Below are positions 46,633 to 54,564 of a stretch of 64,000 nucleotides of DNA, in pieces. Location: IMG/VR virus record IMGVR_UViG_3300045988_080614; one strand, written 5' to 3'. The notes beneath the pieces were generated by a model. It searched no databases. It saw nothing but the letters and a program-made list of their open reading frames with translations, and had not been told where the DNA came from. Source of the DNA: a virus. Positions within the stretch are counted from its first letter, which is position 1. The number at the start of each line of letters is the position of its first letter. The position numbers were made by a program, and so were the translations under genes.

Positions 46633-47109
46633 TTATAAAAAGTTTTTTATTTCTTTATCCCAGTTTGTAATATGTTCCAAATGATATTTAGAATCATTTA
46701 AATCTATTAATACAGCCTGATATAAAGAATTAAATTGATTACGTGTAATTGGTTTCCAATACTTAGTATCAGTAACTTTAAAACTATTTTTATAGATATT
46801 ATAACGTCCCACTACTAAGCAAGTTACTACTTCCTCTTCTTCCATATCAAGAACTTGAAAGATTTCAGTAGTTTCACTAGTATCTTCTTCTATAAAGCAA
46901 TCACCTGCTTTAATATTCTTAACACATTTCTGTGTTTCTAACTTTCTTATTGTAGTAAGTATTTTAACTTTTTCTTTAGATAAATCATCTAGCCTATCAT
47001 ATAGTTTATTAATAGCATCATCATAAGCTTTATTTTCATAAGTATCAGCTAAATTAGATAATCTATCTTTTAATTTATTAAATTCTCCTTTTATTATTTT
47101 CTTTTCCAT
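46633..47109 (-). CDS. hypothetical protein (158 aa), paralog of 48149..48544
   Basis: N-terminal coiled coil, GDCF... and W-x-ITx-QF segments shared with the 131-aa ORF. AAGGAG lies upstream of the ATG. Confidence 0.65.
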   Translation of the reverse strand: MEKKIIKGEFNKLKDRLSNLADTYENKAYDDAINKLYDRLDDLSKEKVKILTTIRKLETQKCVKNIKAGDCFIEEDTSETTEIFQVLDMEEEEVVTCLVVGRYNIYKNSFKVTDTKYWKPITRNQFNSLYQAVLIDLNDSKYHLEHITNWDKEIKNFL

Positions 47110-47111
47110 AT

Positions 47112-48143
47112 TTACTCCTTCACATTTTTAGTTGTACCTAACAAGTGCTCATTTCCCTCGTAAGGAATGCACTGCTTAAAAGCAAAATTGGTCATACTAC
47201 GGCAGTTCATTATATGATATGGATTATTCCAAGTACTATCAAACTTCTCAAAGAACCCTGGGAACCATTCTTCTGTATCTGTATTCCTCACGAGCACCTT
47301 GTCAAAAGGCTTGAACTTGCACTTCTTTAGCAAGTCCTCCAAAGTCTTTGTCTCTGCATTCCAAGCCTTGTTTTTCTTGGCTAGGGCATCAAAGAGTTGT
47401 TGCTTCTCGGAGTCTGTTGCTAAGCGGAGGCTATAATGAACTTTTGTATTACCATATTCAGCTTCAGTAAATTTATCGTCAGCATTATAGAAAGCATAGT
47501 AAAAAGCTCTTTCGTCTCCATCTTTATATTCACCTTTTAAGATGAAAATACAATTTGCAAAATATCCACCTTTAATTCCTTTCATAAACACAATATCCCC
47601 ATCCTTGAACTCGGGCTGCTTTTCAATTTCCAAAGTTTCAAGGTTTAACTTACCACCACACTCCCTTTCTAAGGAATCCATATATATCTTAGTTTCTGCA
47701 TCTGTCATTTTTCTCCAATTTCTAGTTATAAAATTAGGGATTGAACTATATCTGTTTTGTAATGGTTTATCAATATACTCACCCATGGAAGTAATAAGGT
47801 GTACCGCATTAAATCTTGTATAATCATCATTAAGCCATTTATCAAAGACAACTCTATATCCATCCATAATCAGCACATCGCCTTTCTTCCAAGCAAACTT
47901 AGACCAGTCTCGCATTTCTTTTGATGGAAAAACAACACATTCTCCACCATCAAACATATTGCCAAATTTAATTAATACACATTCTCCAGTTTGCGTTAAA
48001 CCAAATTTTGAAGTACAGAAGTTTATCTTAAAAATTTCATCTGTCACAGCTTCAAAACTACATTTTCCATGAATAGTAGAATACAATTTAGTACCTTTTG
48101 GTTTACATTTTAAAATAGCTGCTATGTTTATTTTTGTTTCCAT
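47112..48143 (-). CDS. hypothetical protein (343 aa) with internal repeats
   Basis: Repeated GD(V/I)(L/V)... modules (GDVLIMDGYRVVFDKW, GDIVFMKGIKGGYF, FDKVLVRNTDTEEWFPGFF). GC-richer stretch. Confidence 0.7.
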   Translation of the reverse strand: METKINIAAILKCKPKGTKLYSTIHGKCSFEAVTDEIFKINFCTSKFGLTQTGECVLIKFGNMFDGGECVVFPSKEMRDWSKFAWKKGDVLIMDGYRVVFDKWLNDDYTRFNAVHLITSMGEYIDKPLQNRYSSIPNFITRNWRKMTDAETKIYMDSLERECGGKLNLETLEIEKQPEFKDGDIVFMKGIKGGYFANCIFILKGEYKDGDERAFYYAFYNADDKFTEAEYGNTKVHYSLRLATDSEKQQLFDALAKKNKAWNAETKTLEDLLKKCKFKPFDKVLVRNTDTEEWFPGFFEKFDSTWNNPYHIMNCRSMTNFAFKQCIPYEGNEHLLGTTKNVKE

Positions 48144-48148
48144 GTTAT

Positions 48149-48544
48149 TTACTCTTTATTAATACTTTTATTAATTTCTATAATAAAGTCACTCCAGTTA
48201 TATTTTTTTATAATCTCCCAATTTGGGTCTTGTATATTTTTTAATGCAAGAAGATATCCCTTTTTAAATTGTTCTGATGTGATTTTTACCCAACCTGTAA
48301 TATCATATATATAAGAAGAATCTCTACCGATATAATCTTCATCTACACATATATAATATACATAGTTATTACTTATTGCAACAATTTTTACTAAAGTGCT
48401 CCATACAATATCAAAATAACAATCTCCAACAGTAAAATTAGAAAGTATTTCTTTCTTTTCTAATATCTTAATTTGATTATAGATATCATCACTTTCCTTC
48501 TTTAATTGTTTATATTTAGCTCTTAATTCTTTTAATGTTTCCAT
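48149..48544 (-). CDS. hypothetical protein (131 aa), paralog of 46633..47109
   Basis: See 46633..47109. Confidence 0.65.
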   Translation of the reverse strand: METLKELRAKYKQLKKESDDIYNQIKILEKKEILSNFTVGDCYFDIVWSTLVKIVAISNNYVYYICVDEDYIGRDSSYIYDITGWVKITSEQFKKGYLLALKNIQDPNWEIIKKYNWSDFIIEINKSINKE

Positions 48545-48555
48545 AAAGATATAAT

Positions 48556-48888
48556 TTACTCATTATACATATAAGAAATACTATCTAATAATACATTATT
48601 ATGAAAACCTTCATAAAATGTACTATCAATATTACATCTTATATTAATATATTCACTCATTGCTTCAGATTTATCTTTAGCCCATATATTATTGTTATCA
48701 AATATAATATCAGCTAAGTTAATAACTTCTTTATATTCTTCTAACTTATAATATTTAAACTGTAATTCATCAATAAATTCTCTTTGTTTATTAATTATTT
48801 GTGCTTGATTATATAAACAAATAGTACTAAATATAAGAAGAGAGGTTAATATAACCTCTCCTATTATATGATATAAAAAATGTTTCAT
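48556..48888 (-). CDS. membrane-anchored hypothetical protein (110 aa)
   Basis: N-terminal TM segment IIGEVILTSLLIFSTICLY. Confidence 0.6.
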   Translation of the reverse strand: MKHFLYHIIGEVILTSLLIFSTICLYNQAQIINKQREFIDELQFKYYKLEEYKEVINLADIIFDNNNIWAKDKSEAMSEYINIRCNIDSTFYEGFHNNVLLDSISYMYNE

Positions 48889-48890
48889 AA

Positions 48891-49541
48891 TTAATTCTTA
48901 TAAATATTATCGAGAATATTCTTAAAATGTGGATTATCTATTACAGATTGTGCATCAGCTTCATTTTTGAACATAATATTACCAAAATACATATCTGTAT
49001 TAGAATTAATATGAACAATTTGATAACCATAAGGTTCTGTTGTGGTTTTATCATAAGCTATCATATAACCGCATTTATCAACATTAGTACTATATTCCCA
49101 ATCACCATTAAAATATTTAGCAATATTCATTAACTGTGAAATAGCTAAAATCTTATCCATACAGTGAGTACGTACTCTAAGTCCACCAAAATTGGTAGGA
49201 CAGGCTTGAAGTATATCATTATAAGTAATATCGTGCTTCTTGAATTTAATTATGCCTTTAGCCAAATCACTATTTTCTAAATCTATCTCCATCCCTTCAG
49301 GAATTTCAACAGTTAATTGATTATTCTTTATTTCCATATTATTATTATTATTTGTTAATTTAAAAATTACACCTGTATTATCACGTCTAAATATATAAGA
49401 ACAATGCCCTAAAAAAGATTTATATGTACTACAACCACTGGTTTCAAATGCACATCCTTTACATCCTATACCTATGCCAACTTTTACTACTTGATAAGTT
49501 TTATTTCCATAGGTAAATATTTCACCTATTTTTCTTTCCAT
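48891..49541 (-). CDS. hypothetical protein (216 aa)
   Basis: ORF with ATG start. Confidence 0.7.
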   Translation of the reverse strand: MERKIGEIFTYGNKTYQVVKVGIGIGCKGCAFETSGCSTYKSFLGHCSYIFRRDNTGVIFKLTNNNNNMEIKNNQLTVEIPEGMEIDLENSDLAKGIIKFKKHDITYNDILQACPTNFGGLRVRTHCMDKILAISQLMNIAKYFNGDWEYSTNVDKCGYMIAYDKTTTEPYGYQIVHINSNTDMYFGNIMFKNEADAQSVIDNPHFKNILDNIYKN

Positions 49542-49981
49542 AATTCTTTAACATTAAAATCTTCATTTTTATTAATGTATTTAAATTTACCTGTATAGAT
49601 AAGTGTATTAGATACTACTTCATTATAATAATTAACTACATATATACTACCTTTTGGAATAATAAATTTTCCTACATAAACAGGATTATATAAAACATTT
49701 GTAGTAATAAAAGGATACAAATTTCCATTAGGAAAAAAGAGCATATCTTTTGTCTGTAAGTCACATACTCCCTGTAAAGATAATAAACTATGTAAACCTA
49801 TATTAATAGAATCTCTATTAAAATCTACATATTCACGCATAGGAGTATTTCTGCTATACATATAAGTAGTCATAAAATAAGAATAAAACCTAACTTCATC
49901 TGCAAAGCAGCCTACTTTATAAACTGTAATATCTCTTTTTGCTATTAAGAGTTTACTTTCTTTTGTTTTATTGAAGCACAT
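49526..49981 (-). CDS. MC(F/W)-family protein, paralog 2
   Basis: MCFNK..., ITVYKVG, GLHS, GKFIIPKGSIYVVN..VVSNTLIYTGKF. Confidence 0.65.
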   Translation of the reverse strand: MCFNKTKESKLLIAKRDITVYKVGCFADEVRFYSYFMTTYMYSRNTPMREYVDFNRDSINIGLHSLLSLQGVCDLQTKDMLFFPNGNLYPFITTNVLYNPVYVGKFIIPKGSIYVVNYYNEVVSNTLIYTGKFKYINKNEDFNVKELWKEK

Positions 49982-50007
49982 AAGCTTAATATTTAAAATA
50001 CTTAAAT

Positions 50008-50047
50008 ATAAAAAGGAGTATACTAACTAGATAGTTAATATACTCCT
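50008..50047 (-). terminator. near-perfect palindrome plus T-run between paralogs 3 and 2
   Basis: AGGAGTATACTAACTA-ga-TAGTTAATATACTCCT (50014-50047, one mismatch), followed on the minus strand by TTTTTATATTT. Confidence 0.5.
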
Positions 50048-50199
50048 ACAAAACATATGGCATAAAGCCTCTCAGAGATTTTGGAGAAGTAATACGAATT
50101 GAACGTACTTTGGCTACTTAAAACTGTGTTTCACCTTATCACCTGTCCTATATAGTTTCAACTATATAGGTAACTTCTCGTTTAATAATTATTATATCT

Positions 50200-50622
50200 T
50201 CATAACTTTACCCACTTACCTGTGTAAATAATGTTAGAAGAAACAATTTCCCCTCTAGTATTTATATAGTATTCAGAACCTTTAGGAACTATAAAAGTAC
50301 CTAAATATAGATGAGAGTATAGTCTTAAGTCATCTACAAAACCCTTGATAGCATCTCCTAAATATATATCTCTAAAATAGGGATTTTGAGGATAAAATTC
50401 TATAGCTACTTCTTTATAAGAATGGTAACCAGCTTCTATTTCAATTATTTCATAATCATTTTTTATAGGCTTTAAAGGAATTATTGGATTACTTCCTTTA
50501 ATTCTATAGATATGTTTCTGAAATAAACTAACAAAAGTATTACCAAGTACTACACCTATTTTATAGACATAAAAGTCTCTTTTAGCTATCTGTTTAGTAT
50601 TTTTTCTACCTATCCAACACAT
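50200..50622 (-). CDS. MC(F/W)-family protein, paralog 3
   Basis: MCWIGRK..., FYVYKIG, GYHS, GTFIVPKGSEYYIN..IVSSNIIYTGKW. Confidence 0.65.
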   Translation of the reverse strand: MCWIGRKNTKQIAKRDFYVYKIGVVLGNTFVSLFQKHIYRIKGSNPIIPLKPIKNDYEIIEIEAGYHSYKEVAIEFYPQNPYFRDIYLGDAIKGFVDDLRLYSHLYLGTFIVPKGSEYYINTRGEIVSSNIIYTGKWVKL

Positions 50623-50625
50623 ATT

Positions 50626-51081
50626 TTAAAGTTCTAAATATTGGTCATAAAATAGTCTTTTTATCTTATCTTCTCCTATCATTGAAACTGCTTTCTTTAT
50701 AGCTTCTTCACTATTAAAGTAAACAATTCCAGCATACTTAACATTTATATGTTTATAAATATAAATATTATCAAACAATTTAACAACTATAGAATGATTT
50801 ACTCCATCATTCTTACCTAGAAAATATTTAGTACCTTTTTCTATTTTTGTAATACTATTAAAGTAAGAAGCAAGTACAGATAATTGTGCTAAGGTTTTGA
50901 ATTTGTCTATTTGTCCTAGAGGTAAATCCAAACTTACAGTTTTAGATTGTTCTTTGACATAATAGAGTATTATTTCATCTCTACTAAAAGCATTTAATGC
51001 TAATGCTTTAAGTATATCATTATTGCTACTATACCAATTAGCAGCTTGTTGTATAGTTATTTTTACATTTCTTGTTTCCAT
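50626..51081 (-). CDS. hypothetical protein (151 aa)
   Basis: ORF with ATG start. Confidence 0.65.
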   Translation of the reverse strand: METRNVKITIQQAANWYSSNNDILKALALNAFSRDEIILYYVKEQSKTVSLDLPLGQIDKFKTLAQLSVLASYFNSITKIEKGTKYFLGKNDGVNHSIVVKLFDNIYIYKHINVKYAGIVYFNSEEAIKKAVSMIGEDKIKRLFYDQYLEL

Positions 51082-51207
51082 AATTATTTAATTTTAATAG
51101 ACCAATCAGGTCTGTTATACATATTCCTATAATGATTTGCAGATTTATAATCATTAAAAGGTTTAATGATATTACCTGTACTATCTAATAATAAAACTTG
51201 TTTCATA

Positions 51208-51600
51208 TTATTTCTTTACTATTTTGTTAATAAGTATAGGAGCAGTAGTATCAATACCATAAGTATCCTTTTTAGGGATACTATAGTATCTAATATGATT
51301 TGTTCCTCTGTTAGAATAAGAATATATATGATTACAGGAATCTACTTTATACTTACAGGTATTACCTGGGTAGTATACTGTATATTCTAAGTAATATACT
51401 TCCTTATAAGATTTTTTAATATTTGTATAGCAAGATGTAGTAATTCCTAAGCAAAATAATACTATTGTAGTTAGTATTGCATTTACTTTTATAGAATTAT
51501 ACTTATTACATCTTACATTATTTATAATAATCATAATAAATATAATAGCAATAACTACACTTATTACTAATACTAATTCATAAATATTACTATTATTCAT
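51208..51600 (-). CDS. two-TM membrane protein (130 aa)
   Basis: The TM segments are LVLVISVVIAIIFIMIII and AILTTIVLFCLGITTS. Confidence 0.6.
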   Translation of the reverse strand: MNNSNIYELVLVISVVIAIIFIMIIINNVRCNKYNSIKVNAILTTIVLFCLGITTSCYTNIKKSYKEVYYLEYTVYYPGNTCKYKVDSCNHIYSYSNRGTNHIRYYSIPKKDTYGIDTTAPILINKIVKK

Positions 51601-51643
51601 TTTATTTCTGTTTTAAATAATTAATAATCAAATGTATCACATC

Positions 51644-51937
51644 TTACCAAGCATCTGTATATAATGGTTCAATGGTTATATACTTGAAGTAATCACTGCC
51701 TGAGCCTTTTCTATTACATCTCATATATGCTTTAGCAAATTTATTATCTTCTTTGATTTCTTTATGAACTAATTGCATAAAGAGTACATCATTATTTATT
51801 TCTAGAGTATGTTGATTAAATCTATTTACACATCCTTTCCAAGTATCTACTATAATAATTGGTTGTATATCATTAGTACATACTATTGTAAGCATATAAA
51901 GCTTCTTTCCTCTGGGATTTTCTATTTGATTATACAT
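51644..51937 (-). CDS. hypothetical protein (97 aa)
   Basis: ORF with ATG start. Confidence 0.6.
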   Translation of the reverse strand: MYNQIENPRGKKLYMLTIVCTNDIQPIIIVDTWKGCVNRFNQHTLEINNDVLFMQLVHKEIKEDNKFAKAYMRCNRKGSGSDYFKYITIEPLYTDAW

Positions 51938-51975
51938 AATTATACTATTTAAATAATTTGACTTAAAATTGTTGG

Positions 51976-52047
51976 GTCCTGTAAGAGAGAATAAATAAAG
52001 GCTAATATTTACTAACCTAACTAGAGTTATTTATCTCCTTACAGGAC
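51976..52047 (-). repeat. long imperfect hairpin of the GTCCTGTAAGG family (H1)
   Basis: Arms are GTCCTGTAAGAGAGAATAAATAA (51976-51998) and TTATTTATCTCCTTACAGGAC (52028-52047). Intergenic, between the genes ending at 52077 and starting at 51937. Confidence 0.6.
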
Positions 52048-52076
52048 TAACAATCATTTTTACAAACAATATTTAA

Positions 52077-52262
52077 TTAAATTTTACTTTTAATTTCTTT
52101 AAAAAGACAATAGCTATTAATTCCACCTGCAAGAAGCAAGAAGAATAATACTATGAATATTTGTGTTCCTTTATATAAGAATAAATAGAAACACATTGCA
52201 ATAGCAATTATATAAATAAATTGCATAAATGCAAAAAAGACTAATGTACTACACTTTTTCAT
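52077..52262 (-). CDS. small two-TM membrane protein (61 aa)
   Basis: The TM segments are LVFFAFMQFIYIIAIAMCFYLFLY and IFIVLFFLLLAGGINSYCLF. Confidence 0.5.
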   Translation of the reverse strand: MKKCSTLVFFAFMQFIYIIAIAMCFYLFLYKGTQIFIVLFFLLLAGGINSYCLFKEIKSKI

Positions 52263-52279
52263 AACTAAGGAATTAAAAA

Positions 52280-52322
52280 CCTACATAGTAATAAATACTA
52301 TAGTATCTATTAACTATGTAGG
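52280..52322 (-). terminator. 10-bp hairpin flanked by T/A runs
   Basis: CCTACATAGT(52280-52289)...ACTATGTAGG(52313-52322). The minus strand continues TTTTTAATT. Confidence 0.5.
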
Positions 52323-52352
52323 AAAAAACTTATAACATAACAACTTAGCACT

Positions 52353-52532
52353 TTAATATCTAAATAATTTCTTTTTAGCTTTATTCTTATGTGAATAGTA
52401 AGTGCTCTTTGCCTTACTTTCACAAAAGACTAATTCAATTTCTTTTGTAATTTTAGTTACATGATTTTTACGAACAATAGTTCTTTCACTCTTGTAGTAG
52501 CAAGTAGCTACTTTTTCATTAATTGTTCTCAT
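52353..52532 (-). CDS. small basic protein (59 aa)
   Basis: Hand translation: MRTINEKVATCYYKSERTIVRKNHVTKITKEIELVF... Confidence 0.35.
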   Translation of the reverse strand: MRTINEKVATCYYKSERTIVRKNHVTKITKEIELVFCESKAKSTYYSHKNKAKKKLFRY

Positions 52533-52539
52533 AATTCTA

Positions 52540-52719
52540 TTACTTTTTTAATGTTACTTTAAACCAAATGCACTTACCTTTCAGTAAATGTTTATGCAAA
52601 GCAAAAGCTCTACAATCTTTTAAACCTTCCTCTATAGTTTTAGAGGCATTGATAGTCCTAGCTAAATAATAGTTAGGTCTAAACATTCGATAGAATGTTA
52701 TTAAATACGTCTTTTTCAT
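52540..52719 (-). CDS. small basic protein (59 aa)
   Basis: Hand translation: MKKTYLITFYRMFRPNYYLARTINASKTIEEGLKDCRAF... Confidence 0.35.
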   Translation of the reverse strand: MKKTYLITFYRMFRPNYYLARTINASKTIEEGLKDCRAFALHKHLLKGKCIWFKVTLKK

Positions 52720-52850
52720 TTTTCTGTTAATATTTTAATAATCCAAATACCTATAAATATCCAACCTACTATAATATATTGTTCATCAGTTAGCATATTT
52801 AATACTGCTAAAATACCAATAGGTATTATAATATAAAGTAATTTTTTCAT
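52716..52850 (-). CDS. small membrane protein (44 aa)
   Basis: Hand translation: MKKLLYIIIPIGILAVLNMLTDEQYIIVGWIFIGIWIIKILTEK. ATGA overlap with the next ORF. Confidence 0.3.
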   Translation of the reverse strand: MKKLLYIIIPIGILAVLNMLTDEQYIIVGWIFIGIWIIKILTEK

Positions 52851-53197
52851 CTCTTAAATATTAAAATATCATATAACCTAAAATTATAGATACTATAATA
52901 GTACCTATTAATTCTGTATAGAAATAAAATGTATAAAAATCTTTTTTATTCATAATTGTTATGTTTAAATGTTTTTAACTATGTATTTTATTGATATTTC
53001 ATACTAAATAAAACAACTAGAGTTGTAATGAGAAAGTATAAAATGTTATCATCTTATTTGTTGTTAACAAAAAGACTAGAGAGTAGATTATAGTGATTTT
53101 ATAGGGGATTTGTTTTAACCCCCACACACCTTAATCCTTTAAACCTAAAACCTTAATAATCAATAGATTACAAAGTTCTATTAAAGTATTTATTTAA

Positions 53198-53264
53198 GTC
53201 CTATAAGAAAGAAAAAGACTATAAAACTGTAAAACAAAAGAATATTATTTCTTCCTTACAGGAC
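53198..53264 (-). repeat. long hairpin of the GTCCTGTAAGG family (H2)
   Basis: Arms are GTCCTATAAGAAAGAAA (53198-53214) and TTTCTTCCTTACAGGAC (53248-53264). On the minus-strand RNA this gives 17 bp, with both differences becoming G-U pairs. Confidence 0.6.
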
Positions 53265-53328
53265 CTAAAAACTTTAAAACACACATGATATTCTCTCTAA
53301 TGATATTTGATATTAACACTAGAGATAA

Positions 53329-53350
53329 TAAAAAAGGGAGCAAGGCTCCC
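53329..53350 (-). terminator. intrinsic terminator after the 110-aa gene
   Basis: Minus strand reads GGGAGCcttGCTCCC followed by TTTTTTATTATC, 6 nt after the stop at 53357. Confidence 0.65.
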
Positions 53351-53356
53351 TTCCCT

Positions 53357-53689
53357 TTAGAAGCTGACAATAGCATTACTATTGTTACCCTGCTCATGCA
53401 TGATAAGCATGTGATTGCCATCCTGCATTATAACTTCTGATACTACTGGAGTATCATAAGCCTCATTATTAAGCATCTTGTTGCTTAACTTCTCTGCTAC
53501 CATTCCACGGATTTCTCCGCAAGCAAAGAAGCACATTGTGGCTCCTGATGCATGAGTTTTCTCCTTTGATAGAACTACATTGATTGATGCACCATTGCAA
53601 GCTGACTTCATTTCTTCGAGGCTAACAGTCTCAATGAAATTGTTGTTTGAACTCTGTGAATTACTCTTGAAATTTGAAAAGTTAATCAT
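53357..53689 (-). CDS. hypothetical protein (110 aa), first gene of the minus-strand block
   Basis: ORF with ATG start in a GC-richer stretch. No TAnnTTTG box upstream. Confidence 0.65.
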   Translation of the reverse strand: MINFSNFKSNSQSSNNNFIETVSLEEMKSACNGASINVVLSKEKTHASGATMCFFACGEIRGMVAEKLSNKMLNNEAYDTPVVSEVIMQDGNHMLIMHEQGNNSNAIVSF

Positions 53690-53763
53690 AATTGTATAGT
53701 TTTAATTGTTATGGGGAGGGACTATCCCAACCCTATAGTCTAGGGGGTGAGGGTTGGTGGATT

Positions 53764-53777
53764 ATACCACGCTTATG
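53764..53777. repeat. 14-nt direct repeat ATACCACGCTTATG, copy 1
   Basis: Identical copy at 53824-53837, exactly 60 nt later. A-tracts lie between and after the copies. Confidence 0.8.
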
Positions 53778-53823
53778 TAACTATAATAAAAATTTAAAAA
53801 AATTAAAATTAAAAAAAAATAAA

Positions 53824-53837
53824 ATACCACGCTTATG
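53824..53837. repeat. 14-nt direct repeat ATACCACGCTTATG, copy 2
   Basis: See copy 1. Confidence 0.8.
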
Positions 53838-53884
53838 ACAATATAGTCAATTTCAAAAAAAAAAATAAAAAATTTAATTATAAA

Positions 53885-53916
53885 TTTGGTAGTTTAATTT
53901 TTTATTTGTATCTTTG
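53885..53916 (+). promoter_or_regulatory. Bacteroidota-type promoter opening the + strand block
   Basis: TTTG(53885-53888)-N20-TATCTTTG(53909-53916). The upstream half AATTTGGTAGTTTAA is identical to that of the promoter at 57721. Confidence 0.6.
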
Positions 53917-54206
53917 CATCTACAAGGAACATATAAATACTTGAAGAGATTTATCAACTCTATAAAACATAGATAGACCCAATGCTATAGGTGTATATTT
54001 GAATGCAGCAAACTGAGAGAATAAAGGGTATCAGTAAAGGCTACAGGTAAGCATTCCTAGAGATAAAAGAGTGAGAAATAATATTATATAAACGGGATAT
54101 AAAACTATAGCATGGAAGCAAGCCATAATGCTGGCAGGGTCTCTTTATATATTATAGATTAGTTGATTTATTATTCTCAAGGAATAAGGATTAATAGTTT
54201 TAAATT

Positions 54207-54470
54207 ATGGATAGAATAAAAAGGAGAAGAGCATTAGCAGGAATAAGTTGTAGAAGTTATACTGTTGATGATTGGGAACAATTTCAACAGATAAAAGAAA
54301 CAAAATCTTTTAAAGAAAAACAGAAAGCTTTAAAAGAACAATATAATAAAATGCTTGCAAATAGAAAAAGAAAGAAAGGAAAATTAACTAAGAAAGACTT
54401 TCAGGAAGTTTATGAGTTTGTTTATATAAAACAACAAAAGAAATATAAACCTAGACTTAAAATAAAATAA
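54207..54470 (+). CDS. small highly basic protein (87 aa)
   Basis: K/R-rich (RKRKKGKLTKK, KKYKPRLKIK). Preceded by a leader of about 285 nt. Confidence 0.6.
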   Translation: MDRIKRRRALAGISCRSYTVDDWEQFQQIKETKSFKEKQKALKEQYNKMLANRKRKKGKLTKKDFQEVYEFVYIKQQKKYKPRLKIK

Positions 54471-54501
54471 AGAGTAGTAATTAAGTTTACTACTCTTTTT
54501 T
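54471..54501 (+). terminator. intrinsic terminator
   Basis: AGAGTAGTAA-ttaagt-TTACTACTCT (perfect 10 bp) followed by TTTTT. Confidence 0.8.
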
Positions 54502-54510
54502 ATTTATATA

Positions 54511-54542
54511 CTTGTATATATAAAACTTTATTTATATCTTTG
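54511..54542 (+). promoter_or_regulatory. Bacteroidota-type promoter for the 1048-aa gene (weak -33)
   Basis: CTTG(54511-54514)-N20-TATCTTTG(54535-54542), 22 nt before the ATG. Confidence 0.5.
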
Positions 54543-54564
54543 CAGAAAATTTAAAGTATAAACT

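Noticed and set aside
53764-53837. Possible CRISPR-like array (repeated 14-mer)
   Set aside because: There are only two copies. The repeat is too short, and the 46-nt spacer is mostly A-tracts. It is better explained as a regulatory or origin repeat.
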